Origin: Bacteroidales bacterium
GTDB taxonomy: Bacteria > Bacteroidota > Bacteroidia > Bacteroidales > Marinilabiliaceae
Length of the DNA stretch: 64,000 nt
Direction: 5' to 3'
NCBI GenBank assembly: GCA_038212305.1
Contig: JBBQUP010000002.1
Location: 10,861-74,860, forward strand
A program made the translations under genes and the position numbers. Every line of letters starts with the position of its first letter. Within the stretch, counting starts at the first letter, position 1. Of this stretch, positions 51,281-59,970 are shown piece by piece. The notes under the pieces were generated by a model that was not told where the DNA came from, did no database searches, and saw nothing but the letters and a program-made list of their open reading frames with translations.

Positions 51281-52348
51281 ATGAAAACATTCGACACAAT
51301 AATAATTGGAGGTGGGATTTCAGGAATGACATCTGCGCTTGCGTTAACGTCTTTAAATAAAAAAGTTTGCATCATTGAAAAAGAAGTTAACCTTGGTGGA
51401 AATATTAACAACTGGAGTTCCCTATTTCCGGGAGAAATAAAAGCGAATCAGTTGGCATTAGATCTAACAAACAAGATATTAAATACAGACATAAAAGTAA
51501 TTACATCTCAAGAAGTGCTTGAAACAGCTCAAACAGATAACAATGGATTTTTTATTAAAACAACTACGGGGGCTTGTTTTGAGTGCCAAACGGTTATTGT
51601 AAGTACTGGATATAAACTGTTTGATGCTTCAAAAAAGGAAGAATTGGGTTATACGATATACAAACCTGTAATTACCCCAATAGAATTAGAACAAATGTTT
51701 AAGAAATCAATCTCTTATCCATTTAAAGAAAAAACTCAGCAGCCCAACATAGCCATCTTACATTGTGTGGGTTCTCGAGATGTGCAATCGAGCAACTTAC
51801 ATTGTAGCAAACTATGCTGCATGCTAGCCGTAAAGTACGCCATCAAGCTAAAAAAAGAGTTCCCCGAAGCAAAAATCACCAATTTTTATATGGATTTACG
51901 CCTCTTTGGAATTGGATATGAAGCACTTTATCAAGAGGCTCAAAAAGAGCATCAAGTTTCATTTATTAGAGGGCGAATATCGGAAGTTGCACTCAATAGC
52001 GATGAGACATTACGCATTAAAGCTGAAGACACACTTTTAGGCCTTCCACTAAAAGGTAACTTCGATTTACTCGTTCTCATGACGGGAATTGAAGGAAACG
52101 GATTTCCAACAACACAACTTAAGCAAGCTATAAATGATGCATTTCCCTCCAAATTCTTAGCATCTAAAAATCCGATTACCGAGGACAACAATTATAGCAC
52201 ACCAGGAGTATTTTTAGCAGGGAGCTGCAAAGGCCAGATGACTGCTAGCGAAGCTATTTCAGATGGAAATTCTGCTGCACTACAAACCTTTTATTACTTA
52301 AAACAGCAAAGCTTAAAACCCATCAATTTGCACTTGAATGAAGCCTAA
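51281..52348 (+). CDS. Short HdrA-like FAD/[4Fe-4S] flavoprotein
   Basis: IIIGGGISGMTSAL FAD motif and HdrA signature HCVGSRD...HCSKLCC. Only 355 aa, so without the ferredoxin inserts of methanogen HdrA. Confidence 0.75.
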   Translation: MKTFDTIIIGGGISGMTSALALTSLNKKVCIIEKEVNLGGNINNWSSLFPGEIKANQLALDLTNKILNTDIKVITSQEVLETAQTDNNGFFIKTTTGACFECQTVIVSTGYKLFDASKKEELGYTIYKPVITPIELEQMFKKSISYPFKEKTQQPNIAILHCVGSRDVQSSNLHCSKLCCMLAVKYAIKLKKEFPEAKITNFYMDLRLFGIGYEALYQEAQKEHQVSFIRGRISEVALNSDETLRIKAEDTLLGLPLKGNFDLLVLMTGIEGNGFPTTQLKQAINDAFPSKFLASKNPITEDNNYSTPGVFLAGSCKGQMTASEAISDGNSAALQTFYYLKQQSLKPINLHLNEA

Positions 52349-52658
52349 CTTATTTGGATTTTCGACCATGAAGATCAACGAAATTGAGTTGACACGATCG
52401 AATGCTGACGGCAAATCGGGAAACGAGAATGCCGACTTGGATTTATGCATATCATGTGGTTCATGCACGGCTACTTGCACTATGAATTTCAATACCCATT
52501 CGAATTTCAGAAAAGCCGTGTTGTTTCAAAAAAGAGGTTTGTTTGCTGAAGCGAAGAACGCAATAAATGAGTGTTGTTATTGCGGTAAATGTACCTTTTT
52601 ATGCCCAAGGGGGTTAGCCATTCGTCAAGTTATAAAACTCATACTGCAAACGCCATGA
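52338..52658 (+). CDS. Small 2x[4Fe-4S] ferredoxin-like protein
   Basis: CISCGSCTATC and CYCGKCTFLCP motifs. An alternative start at 52368 avoids the 11-nt overlap with the hdrA-like gene. Confidence 0.6.
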   Translation: MKPNLFGFSTMKINEIELTRSNADGKSGNENADLDLCISCGSCTATCTMNFNTHSNFRKAVLFQKRGLFAEAKNAINECCYCGKCTFLCPRGLAIRQVIKLILQTP

Positions 52659-54475
52659 TACTAGCTGCACCAACATTTATAATTCCGTTTGCAATTGGCT
52701 TAACCGTTGTCACATTAGCATTTATCTACAAGATTTATCTTTGGCAAAATGAGATTTCGTTATCCAGCAAAACCCTCATGCTTAAAAACATAATCTCACA
52801 AAAAACAATAACGGCAATTGCAGAAATAATTCAAGAAAGCCTTTTTCATTTAAGAATATTCAAAACCAATATGCTATTGGGATGGATGCATATGAGTTTT
52901 GCTTTTGGTTGGTTTTCGCTAATTGTTATCGGGAAACTTCAAACATTTTACTGCACCAAGCATTGGATTAATCCACCATGGGAGGCCGTGTTCCATAGGT
53001 TTTTCGCGCCCATCGAACCACAAACAATTGCAGGTCAGGCCTTTTCTTTTTTCATGGATTTTTTCTTACTTCTCACACTATCAGGGTTGGTACTAGCCAT
53101 ATTTAAACGCTTGAAAAAAACCGTATTCGGGTTGTTATCATCAACCAAACACTCCCCTTTCGACCAATGGGCACTAGCAATAATCTGGCTCATTTTCCCA
53201 TTGCGCTTATTAGCGGAGAGCATGTCGACAGCCTATTATGGTGGAGGAAGTTTTTTAACTGGATCAATTGGCTATTTGCTTCATCCAATTGTCACACAAA
53301 ACGCTGTAATTGTTGCTTGGTGGGGATATTCGTTTGTTTTGGGTGCATTCTTAATCGTGTTACCCTTCTCGCGATACCTTCATATTCCAGCCGAAGTGGT
53401 TTTAATCCTATTTCGAAATTGGGAAATTCCAAAATCGGAACTAAGGAGATTAGAAATTGATGCTTGCTCAAGGTGCGGAATTTGCAAAACAAATTGCCCC
53501 TTGAATTCTACACAAATGAATAATCAGAGCGTTTATTTTATTCGTCAGATGCGAGAGGAAAAAATTTCGGATGAGATGGTAAATAATTGCTTAATGTGCA
53601 AAGGATGCGAAAACAAATGTCCGGTTAAAATAAATTTGTATGACCATCGATTAAACTGCAAGAGCTTGTTTACACCAAATTTAAAACGACAAACCGACTT
53701 AATATTTGAAAAACCAAAGAATCAACCAATAGACGTGCTTATTTTCCCTGGATGCGTTGGTAAATTAACGCCTTCAATCACTCATTCGCTAGAACAAATC
53801 TTAACAACTGCAGGAATAAAGTATAAAATAATAGATGAATCTATCTGTTGCGGACGCCCCATCTGGCTATCTGGGCAAAAAGAAAATGCGGCTCAGATAA
53901 TTGCAAATACAAGCGCGATTATTGAAAGCTATTTACCTAAGACACTATTAACCTCTTGTCCTGTGTGTTACAATATGTTTAAAACTCACTATTCGTTTCC
54001 GTTTGAGGTAAAACACCACACCACCTACATCAAAGAATTATTAGATTTTGGGATTATTAAAACAAATAGAACTAATCTTTCTTTTGCATATCACGATCCA
54101 TGTGAGATTGGCAGAGGAATGAAAATTTATAATGAGCCGAGAGACGTGATTAAAAAAGTGGGAGTTCTATCACACACATATCTAGAAAAAGAATCGTCGC
54201 TCTGCTGCGGCGGTAGTTTGGGAAACTCATCGCTTAATGAAAACCAACGAGGATTAATTGCTACAAAAACAATCGTCGAGCTTACTAAAAGCAACCCAAA
54301 TCAACTAGTTACTGCTTGCCCTATGTGCAAGTTAACATTGAAAAAACGGGCTCAAATTCCTGTTTTTGATCTATCTGAGATTGTAGCAAAGCATATGTGC
54401 AATGAGCCGACTCCTTTATATAATAAAATAAAAAACACAACAAAATCACTGAGTCAAATTAACGTTTGCCTATAA
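52655..54475 (+). CDS. Membrane-anchored HdrD/DsrK/GlpC-like Fe-S oxidoreductase (polytopic N-domain + 2x[4Fe-4S] + two CCG domains)
   Basis: About 270-aa hydrophobic N-half. Then CSRCGICKTNCP and CLMCKGCENKCP. Then two intact CCG domains (PGC...CCGRP...CPVC and DPC...CCGGS...CPMC). ATG 52655 overlaps the upstream TGA (ATGA); the tracked 52589 start was rejected. Confidence 0.7.
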   Translation: MILAAPTFIIPFAIGLTVVTLAFIYKIYLWQNEISLSSKTLMLKNIISQKTITAIAEIIQESLFHLRIFKTNMLLGWMHMSFAFGWFSLIVIGKLQTFYCTKHWINPPWEAVFHRFFAPIEPQTIAGQAFSFFMDFFLLLTLSGLVLAIFKRLKKTVFGLLSSTKHSPFDQWALAIIWLIFPLRLLAESMSTAYYGGGSFLTGSIGYLLHPIVTQNAVIVAWWGYSFVLGAFLIVLPFSRYLHIPAEVVLILFRNWEIPKSELRRLEIDACSRCGICKTNCPLNSTQMNNQSVYFIRQMREEKISDEMVNNCLMCKGCENKCPVKINLYDHRLNCKSLFTPNLKRQTDLIFEKPKNQPIDVLIFPGCVGKLTPSITHSLEQILTTAGIKYKIIDESICCGRPIWLSGQKENAAQIIANTSAIIESYLPKTLLTSCPVCYNMFKTHYSFPFEVKHHTTYIKELLDFGIIKTNRTNLSFAYHDPCEIGRGMKIYNEPRDVIKKVGVLSHTYLEKESSLCCGGSLGNSSLNENQRGLIATKTIVELTKSNPNQLVTACPMCKLTLKKRAQIPVFDLSEIVAKHMCNEPTPLYNKIKNTTKSLSQINVCL

Positions 54476-54499
54476 AAAAAGCGGGTCACCCCGCTTTTG
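54475..54499. terminator. Bidirectional intrinsic terminator between convergent genes
   Basis: AAAAAA-GCGGG-TCAC-CCCGC-TTTTG: a GC stem flanked by an A-run and a T-run. Confidence 0.65.
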
Positions 54500-54503
54500 T
54501 ATC

Positions 54504-54980
54504 TTACTTAGGCCAACTAATTGTATCATCATCAGTCCACAAAGGACCAATTTGAATAGAGCTTACCTCCTCGTCATCAAGCCACACATTCATGTTTTCA
54601 TCTTCGAAAGTATAAAGCTCTTTGCCTGGAAAACCTTCAGAAGTTAAATCTTCGAGCTCCGGCTTACTTAAATCGAGCTTTTTAAATATTTCGGGAAGCG
54701 CAATTTTGCTTACCCCCACATGAAGTAGGTTTTTTACAGTAAAATCCTCATCTTCAAAGGAGACTTCCATTAAGCGAAAATCTTCTTCCGATTCGAATGA
54801 AAGGGAAAGTCCCAATTCATCGTAATAATAGATATTGGCCATTCCTCCATCTTCAAAGCGCATCTCTTCAGTTTCTTCAGGTTGTCCAAGAAGTTCAATC
54901 ACCTCTTTTTCAGACATTCCAAATTTAACTTTACTAAAGCCAACGCCTAATTTAATCTCAGTATCAGACATATAATTCAA
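54504..54980 (-). CDS. Acidic hypothetical protein (158 aa)
   Basis: Very Asp/Glu-rich, no signal peptide, no motif recognised; bounded by the bidirectional terminator. Confidence 0.45.
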   Translation of the reverse strand: MNYMSDTEIKLGVGFSKVKFGMSEKEVIELLGQPEETEEMRFEDGGMANIYYYDELGLSLSFESEEDFRLMEVSFEDEDFTVKNLLHVGVSKIALPEIFKKLDLSKPELEDLTSEGFPGKELYTFEDENMNVWLDDEEVSSIQIGPLWTDDDTISWPK

Positions 54981-55091
54981 GTTGATTGATAGTTTAATAT
55001 TTGGTAAAATTAATAGATTAATGAATACAAGAACAGTATAAATTGTTTTTTTATTAAAAAGCTTTTTTTTACCTTATGAAATCGAGTTGAT

Positions 55092-56798
55092 TTATTCGAT
55101 TGGGATTGTATAATAAAAGGTTGAACCTGCGTTAAATTCCGATTTAAACCATATTTCACCACCTAACAAAGAAACAATGCCTTTAGCGATACTAAGCCCC
55201 AACCCAGCTCCTTCGTAAAATCCAATTTCTTCGACCTGCCTAAATGTCTCAAATATTAACTCTCTTTTATCTTGAGGAATTCCAATTCCAGTATCAGAAA
55301 CATAGCTCACAACTGACTGTTTATCATTGTCTTTGTCTATTAGACATCCAATTTCAATTACGCCTTTCTTAGTGTATTTAAAAGCATTGCCTAATAAATT
55401 ATCTAACACTTGACGAACCCTATATCGATCAGAAAAAACGATAATTTCATTGTATTGTTCAGAAATATTTACTTTGAACGTTAACTCAGGTCGATCTTGC
55501 CAATTAATAGTATTGTTAAACATATTATATGAGTCGTGTAACAATTCATTCATGCTAAATCTCGATTTATTAATGGGTAATTGCCCTGCTTCAATTTTTG
55601 ATATATCCATAATATTATCAACCACACTCATTAATCGAACCCCTGATTGTTGAATAATATTGGCATACTGTAGTCGTTTTGTATCAGAAAGATTATCGGC
55701 ACACAATAAATCAGAAAATCCAAGTATTGCATTCATTAGAGTCCGTATTTCATGACTCATATTTGCTAAAAAAATACTTTTTAACCTATTGTTATCTTCT
55801 GCCATTTTTACCGATGCAGTCAACTGTTGTTCAATTCTTTTACGATGTGAAACATCACGAACAATTGCCCAAATTCCAGTTGGCTTATTTTGATCGTCTT
55901 TTAAAAGAAAAGAACGCAATTCGACAGGGAAGATATGACCATCTTTATGAATATATTCCTTTTCGTATAAATTACTACTCCCCTGTTTTAATAAAAACTC
56001 ATCGACAATTTTTTGTTCATACTCGTGCCATTTTAAAGGAGTTAAATTCCTATAAGCAAGGGGTTTTAACTCCTTTAAAGAGTATCCAACCAATTGAATA
56101 AATGCAGCATTTGCTTCAACTATTTTTCCTTTTAAATTTAACCGAACATATGCATCAGTCATACTTTCATATAAACTACTGTATTTATCTTCGGTATGCC
56201 TTAATACCAATTTCGTGTTATAATCCACTAATCGACGATACAGCAAAAATCCTAACAAAACGGTTGATATTGGATAAACAAAAACAACAGGAATTGCAAT
56301 AGATTTAATTGTTTTAAGACATAAATCGGGTGGCAAAAAAACGGTACTTAGAATCATTACTAAATGAACAATAACACCTAAGAAAATTAGTTCGAGCCAA
56401 TGGTTTTTAACAACCCAAAAGGATCTTAAATGTCGCCAAAACAACCCAATTCCAGCCGATGAAATAATAACAGCTACACCCATAAATACACCTGCTCCGC
56501 CCAAATATGTGCGGAAAGCTACCAAAATAAGACTTGCTACAACCGTGGGGATAATTCCAAAAAACAGTCCAGTTATGGCAAGTAATACTGATCGCATATC
56601 AAATACAACTCCCGGAACTAAAGTCCAAGGAGTTAGCATTAACACAATACCTATAGCACCTATAATTATACCAACAACCGATTTAAACCAAATTTTACTT
56701 GATAATCGATGTTGCATTAAAACATGATTATACAACATTGAAAATGACAGTAAAATAGCTGTGTTTTGCAGCAAACCTATTAGAATTGAATCTTTCAC
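55092..56798 (-). CDS. Sensor histidine kinase with a LytS/5TMR-LYT-like membrane domain, PAS, HisKA and HATPase
   Basis: N-terminus MKDSILIGLLQNTAILLSFSMLY plus ~5-6 TM helices, a PAS-like middle, H-box MSHEIRTLMNAILGF, and G-boxes DTGIGI and GAGLGLSI. Confidence 0.85.
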   Translation of the reverse strand: MKDSILIGLLQNTAILLSFSMLYNHVLMQHRLSSKIWFKSVVGIIIGAIGIVLMLTPWTLVPGVVFDMRSVLLAITGLFFGIIPTVVASLILVAFRTYLGGAGVFMGVAVIISSAGIGLFWRHLRSFWVVKNHWLELIFLGVIVHLVMILSTVFLPPDLCLKTIKSIAIPVVFVYPISTVLLGFLLYRRLVDYNTKLVLRHTEDKYSSLYESMTDAYVRLNLKGKIVEANAAFIQLVGYSLKELKPLAYRNLTPLKWHEYEQKIVDEFLLKQGSSNLYEKEYIHKDGHIFPVELRSFLLKDDQNKPTGIWAIVRDVSHRKRIEQQLTASVKMAEDNNRLKSIFLANMSHEIRTLMNAILGFSDLLCADNLSDTKRLQYANIIQQSGVRLMSVVDNIMDISKIEAGQLPINKSRFSMNELLHDSYNMFNNTINWQDRPELTFKVNISEQYNEIIVFSDRYRVRQVLDNLLGNAFKYTKKGVIEIGCLIDKDNDKQSVVSYVSDTGIGIPQDKRELIFETFRQVEEIGFYEGAGLGLSIAKGIVSLLGGEIWFKSEFNAGSTFYYTIPIE

Positions 56799-57134
56799 TA
56801 CCTAACTTTTTGATTTAACAAATCCTACTTCAAAAGATTATATAATCCATTTTTAACATCATAGCCAACATTGAAATAATATACGAATTAAAAAGATCAA
56901 AACAATAATAATATCATATCAAAAATACTACAGAATGCATTAAAAATGAGTTTGAAGTTTAATCTGTATTTGAAGATAAAAGTTCATTCGATGTCTGAAA
57001 CATCGTAATGAGTGCCACAATAAGCCTACCGAAGCAAGACGAGAATTAAACAACTACAAATCAATATCATATACAAATTAGATGCCCATCGTAATATTAA
57101 CATCCACATGAAAATAAATTTCCCAAGTGCTAAA

Positions 57135-57806
57135 TTAAAAAGTTCGAATAGGATTTTTGAGATTTTTGAGAATAGTAAAAGCTCTATCCACATCATCATC
57201 GTTAACAATAATGGTAAACTCGTTAGTGGTACTAATAACCTCCTTAATATTAATACCTTCCCAAGCCAATGCTTTTAAAATTTGATAATAAAAACCTGTG
57301 ATTTGAGAATTACTGGCTGGCAGTTTTAATGTTATTGCCGATAAATTACTAATTCTAAAAATTAAATCCTCCTCACTAAAATAATCTTCAACCACTTTTT
57401 CAAACGAGCTACTAACCACTAAATTCGACTCAAAAACACCACGAACCAAGGTGTAAAAAACATCCTGATGACCAACTATTTCATTCATAACGCTCGTATG
57501 ACAATGAAAAATTGAATTGCTATTTCGAAAAGTATAATCAGTTAAATTCGAACGCACAATAATGTCGCCTAATTGATCGAACAGCGAAGTAACTTGATGG
57601 TGCAACGACTCGCCTAGCTCAGGCACTAATCGATTCAATGCCATTACAATTGCACCTTCTTTTATTGGTTTTTGAACCAATTTTTCGATTTGAGGTTGGA
57701 TTTTACGAGCAATTGAAGATATATTCACAATGCCCTCGCTCAAAGCCTCGGCTAGGAAAGGCTTAACTTTTATTACAGATTCAACAGCTTGCGATACAGT
57801 AATCAT
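57135..57806 (-). CDS. ACT-domain-containing protein (aspartate-kinase regulatory-domain-like)
   Basis: 223 aa with no kinase domain. The C-terminal part (ITLKLPASNSQITGFYYQILKALAWEGINIKEVISTTNEFTIIV) looks like an ACT fold. Divergent from dapA. Confidence 0.5.
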   Translation of the reverse strand: MITVSQAVESVIKVKPFLAEALSEGIVNISSIARKIQPQIEKLVQKPIKEGAIVMALNRLVPELGESLHHQVTSLFDQLGDIIVRSNLTDYTFRNSNSIFHCHTSVMNEIVGHQDVFYTLVRGVFESNLVVSSSFEKVVEDYFSEEDLIFRISNLSAITLKLPASNSQITGFYYQILKALAWEGINIKEVISTTNEFTIIVNDDDVDRAFTILKNLKNPIRTF

Positions 57807-57909
57807 GGGTAAGTAGTTTAAAACAAAGATAGTAAAAGTTAAATATTTAACAAATTGTTATTTGATGGTTTTATTTGTTGGAAAAATTTTTATTTACACT
57901 CGTATAGTT

Positions 57910-57917
57910 TATCTTTG
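57910..57917 (+). promoter_or_regulatory. -7 promoter box upstream of dapA
   Basis: TATCTTTG (TAnnTTTG) 48 nt before the dapA ATG. Confidence 0.35.
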
Positions 57918-57964
57918 CCACATACAGAAAACGTCAAGTTAATACAATATATTCAATAATTCCA

Positions 57965-58852
57965 ATGAATATCAACAACTTAAAAGGCTCAATTGTAGCC
58001 ATAACCACTCCATTTAAAGAAACTGGCGAGATTGATTTTGATACATTCGATTCACTTATCGAATTTCACATTTCAAACGGTACTGACGGATTGGTTGTCT
58101 GCGGTACAACTGGCGAAACGCCAACACTCACCGATAGTGAGGATGCACATTTAATTGAACATGCTGTTAAGCAAATAAATAAACGAATACCTGTAATTGC
58201 AGGCACTGGAAGTAATTCAACTCAAGAATGTGTTGCCTATTCGAAAAAAGCGCAAAGCTTAGGCGTTGATGCCGTTTTGGTGGTAGCACCTTATTATAAC
58301 AAACCTACTGAAAATGGAATGTATCTGCATTTTTCAACAGTAGCTCAAGCTATTAAAATACCTATTATTTTATACAACGTACCTGGTCGTACAGGCAGTA
58401 ATATTTCAGTAAAACAAGTACTTCGTTTGGCCAACGATTATAAAAATATCATTGGCATTAAGGAGGCCTCAGGAAATCTATCGGTAATGGGAGCCTTGAT
58501 AGCTGGCAAGCCAAAAGGGTTTAGCATTTATAGTGGCGACGATTACACTTCGTTTATGAGTAATTGCATGGGAGCAGATGGATGCATTTCGGTGATTGCC
58601 AATGTTATACCGAAAGAATTTCACGAATTGATGACTTTATCTATCAACGGAGAAATTGATGCCGCGCGTAAACTATTTTACAAATACGCCAAATTAATGG
58701 ATTTGCTGTTTATCGAATCAAATCCTATTCCTGTAAAAACAGCGTTGGCTCACATGGGTAAATTAAAAGAACAATTTAGAGCTCCATTGTGCCCTATGGA
58801 AGAAAAAAATAAAACTCTTCTGATAGATGAATTAAACAAACTCGGTTTGTAA
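57965..58852 (+). CDS. dapA: 4-hydroxy-tetrahydrodipicolinate synthase
   Basis: VCGTTGE, YYNKP and active-site lysine region GIKEASG. Confidence 0.95.
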   Translation: MNINNLKGSIVAITTPFKETGEIDFDTFDSLIEFHISNGTDGLVVCGTTGETPTLTDSEDAHLIEHAVKQINKRIPVIAGTGSNSTQECVAYSKKAQSLGVDAVLVVAPYYNKPTENGMYLHFSTVAQAIKIPIILYNVPGRTGSNISVKQVLRLANDYKNIIGIKEASGNLSVMGALIAGKPKGFSIYSGDDYTSFMSNCMGADGCISVIANVIPKEFHELMTLSINGEIDAARKLFYKYAKLMDLLFIESNPIPVKTALAHMGKLKEQFRAPLCPMEEKNKTLLIDELNKLGL

Positions 58853-58879
58853 AATCAATTTTCAGACATATCATAAACA

Positions 58880-58902
58880 GGGGGCGTTTGCCCCTTTTTT
58901 TT
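58880..58902 (+). terminator. Intrinsic terminator after dapA
   Basis: GGGGC (58881-58885), loop GTTT, GCCCC (58890-58894), followed by 8 T. Confidence 0.7.
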
Positions 58903-58927
58903 ATACTTTTGATGCAAATTTATACAC

Positions 58928-59680
58928 ATGACTACCATCGATCTTTTAAATAATCATCGTACCATTCGTAAATACTCGAATCAACCTATTGATGAAAACA
59001 CTCTAAATACAATTATTGAAGCAGGTTGCAGAGCTTCGACAACAGGAAACATGCAATTGTATTCGATAATTATTACACGAGATCCAGCTCGCAGGGAACA
59101 ATTAGCACCTTTCCATTTTAATCAACCAGTCGCTAAACAAGCACCTGTAACACTTACTTTTTGCGCCGATTTTAACCGCTTTAATTTATGGTGCCAACAA
59201 CGACAAGCGGAACCGGGTTACGACAATTTCCTGTCGTTTACCACAGCTGCCATTGATGCCCTTTTAGTGGCTCAAAATGTTTGCATTGCAGCAGAAAGTA
59301 AAGGTTTAGGGATTTGTTATTTGGGAACTACAACCTATATGTCCGCTAAGATAATTGACCTCCTTAAACTTCCAAAGGGTGTTATCCCCATTACCACTTT
59401 AACCCTTGGGTATCCAAATGAAACTTCAGAAAAAGCCGATCGCCTACCCCTTTCAGCAATTCTTCATCAGGAGTATTATCACGATTATCAGCCGTCGGAT
59501 ATTGAAAAGCTTTACGCAGAAAAAGAGGCCATCGAGGCAAATAAAAAATTTGTTGCCGAAAACAATAAAGAAACACTGGCGCAAGTATTTACCGATGTTA
59601 GATACAAAAAAGGCGACAATGTAGCATTTAGCAAATCATTGCTTGAGGTTTTAAAATCACAAGGATTTATGAATCAATAA
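58928..59680 (+). CDS. Nitroreductase-family NADPH-dependent oxidoreductase (NfsA-like)
   Basis: HRTIRKY near the N-terminus, 250 aa, typical NfsA-like layout. Confidence 0.85.
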   Translation: MTTIDLLNNHRTIRKYSNQPIDENTLNTIIEAGCRASTTGNMQLYSIIITRDPARREQLAPFHFNQPVAKQAPVTLTFCADFNRFNLWCQQRQAEPGYDNFLSFTTAAIDALLVAQNVCIAAESKGLGICYLGTTTYMSAKIIDLLKLPKGVIPITTLTLGYPNETSEKADRLPLSAILHQEYYHDYQPSDIEKLYAEKEAIEANKKFVAENNKETLAQVFTDVRYKKGDNVAFSKSLLEVLKSQGFMNQ

Positions 59681-59970
59681 TTTCCAACGTAAACGCAAGG
59701 AAGCAAAGGGTTTTCGCTAAGTGCGCTAAGATGAAATTTCACTTTATATGGTGTTATAAAAACAGTATTGCCACGAATATGAAACGAGCCATGCATTAAA
59801 CTTATTAACTAGTGCCTGCACGAAAACTACATTTTTCAAAGTCTTTGATAAGAAAGCTTCAAAGACAAGGCTTTCGAAATTTTGAAAATCAAGGAGTTCA
59901 CTTTTGTGAATGACTGTTTTCAAAATGAGAATAACACAGTATTTGGAGTTTTCTTGCAAAGACAAAAACA

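Noticed and set aside
52589-52654. Upstream start of the membrane HdrD-like ORF (MYLFMPKGVSHSS...)
   Set aside because: It lies entirely within the preceding ferredoxin-like gene in another frame. ATG 52655 forms an ATGA overlap and opens directly into the first hydrophobic helix.
57026-57208. 60-aa hydrophobic ORF overlapping the 3' end of the ACT-protein gene
   Set aside because: It overlaps a better-supported gene, has low-complexity Leu/Ile/Met composition, and shows no start context.
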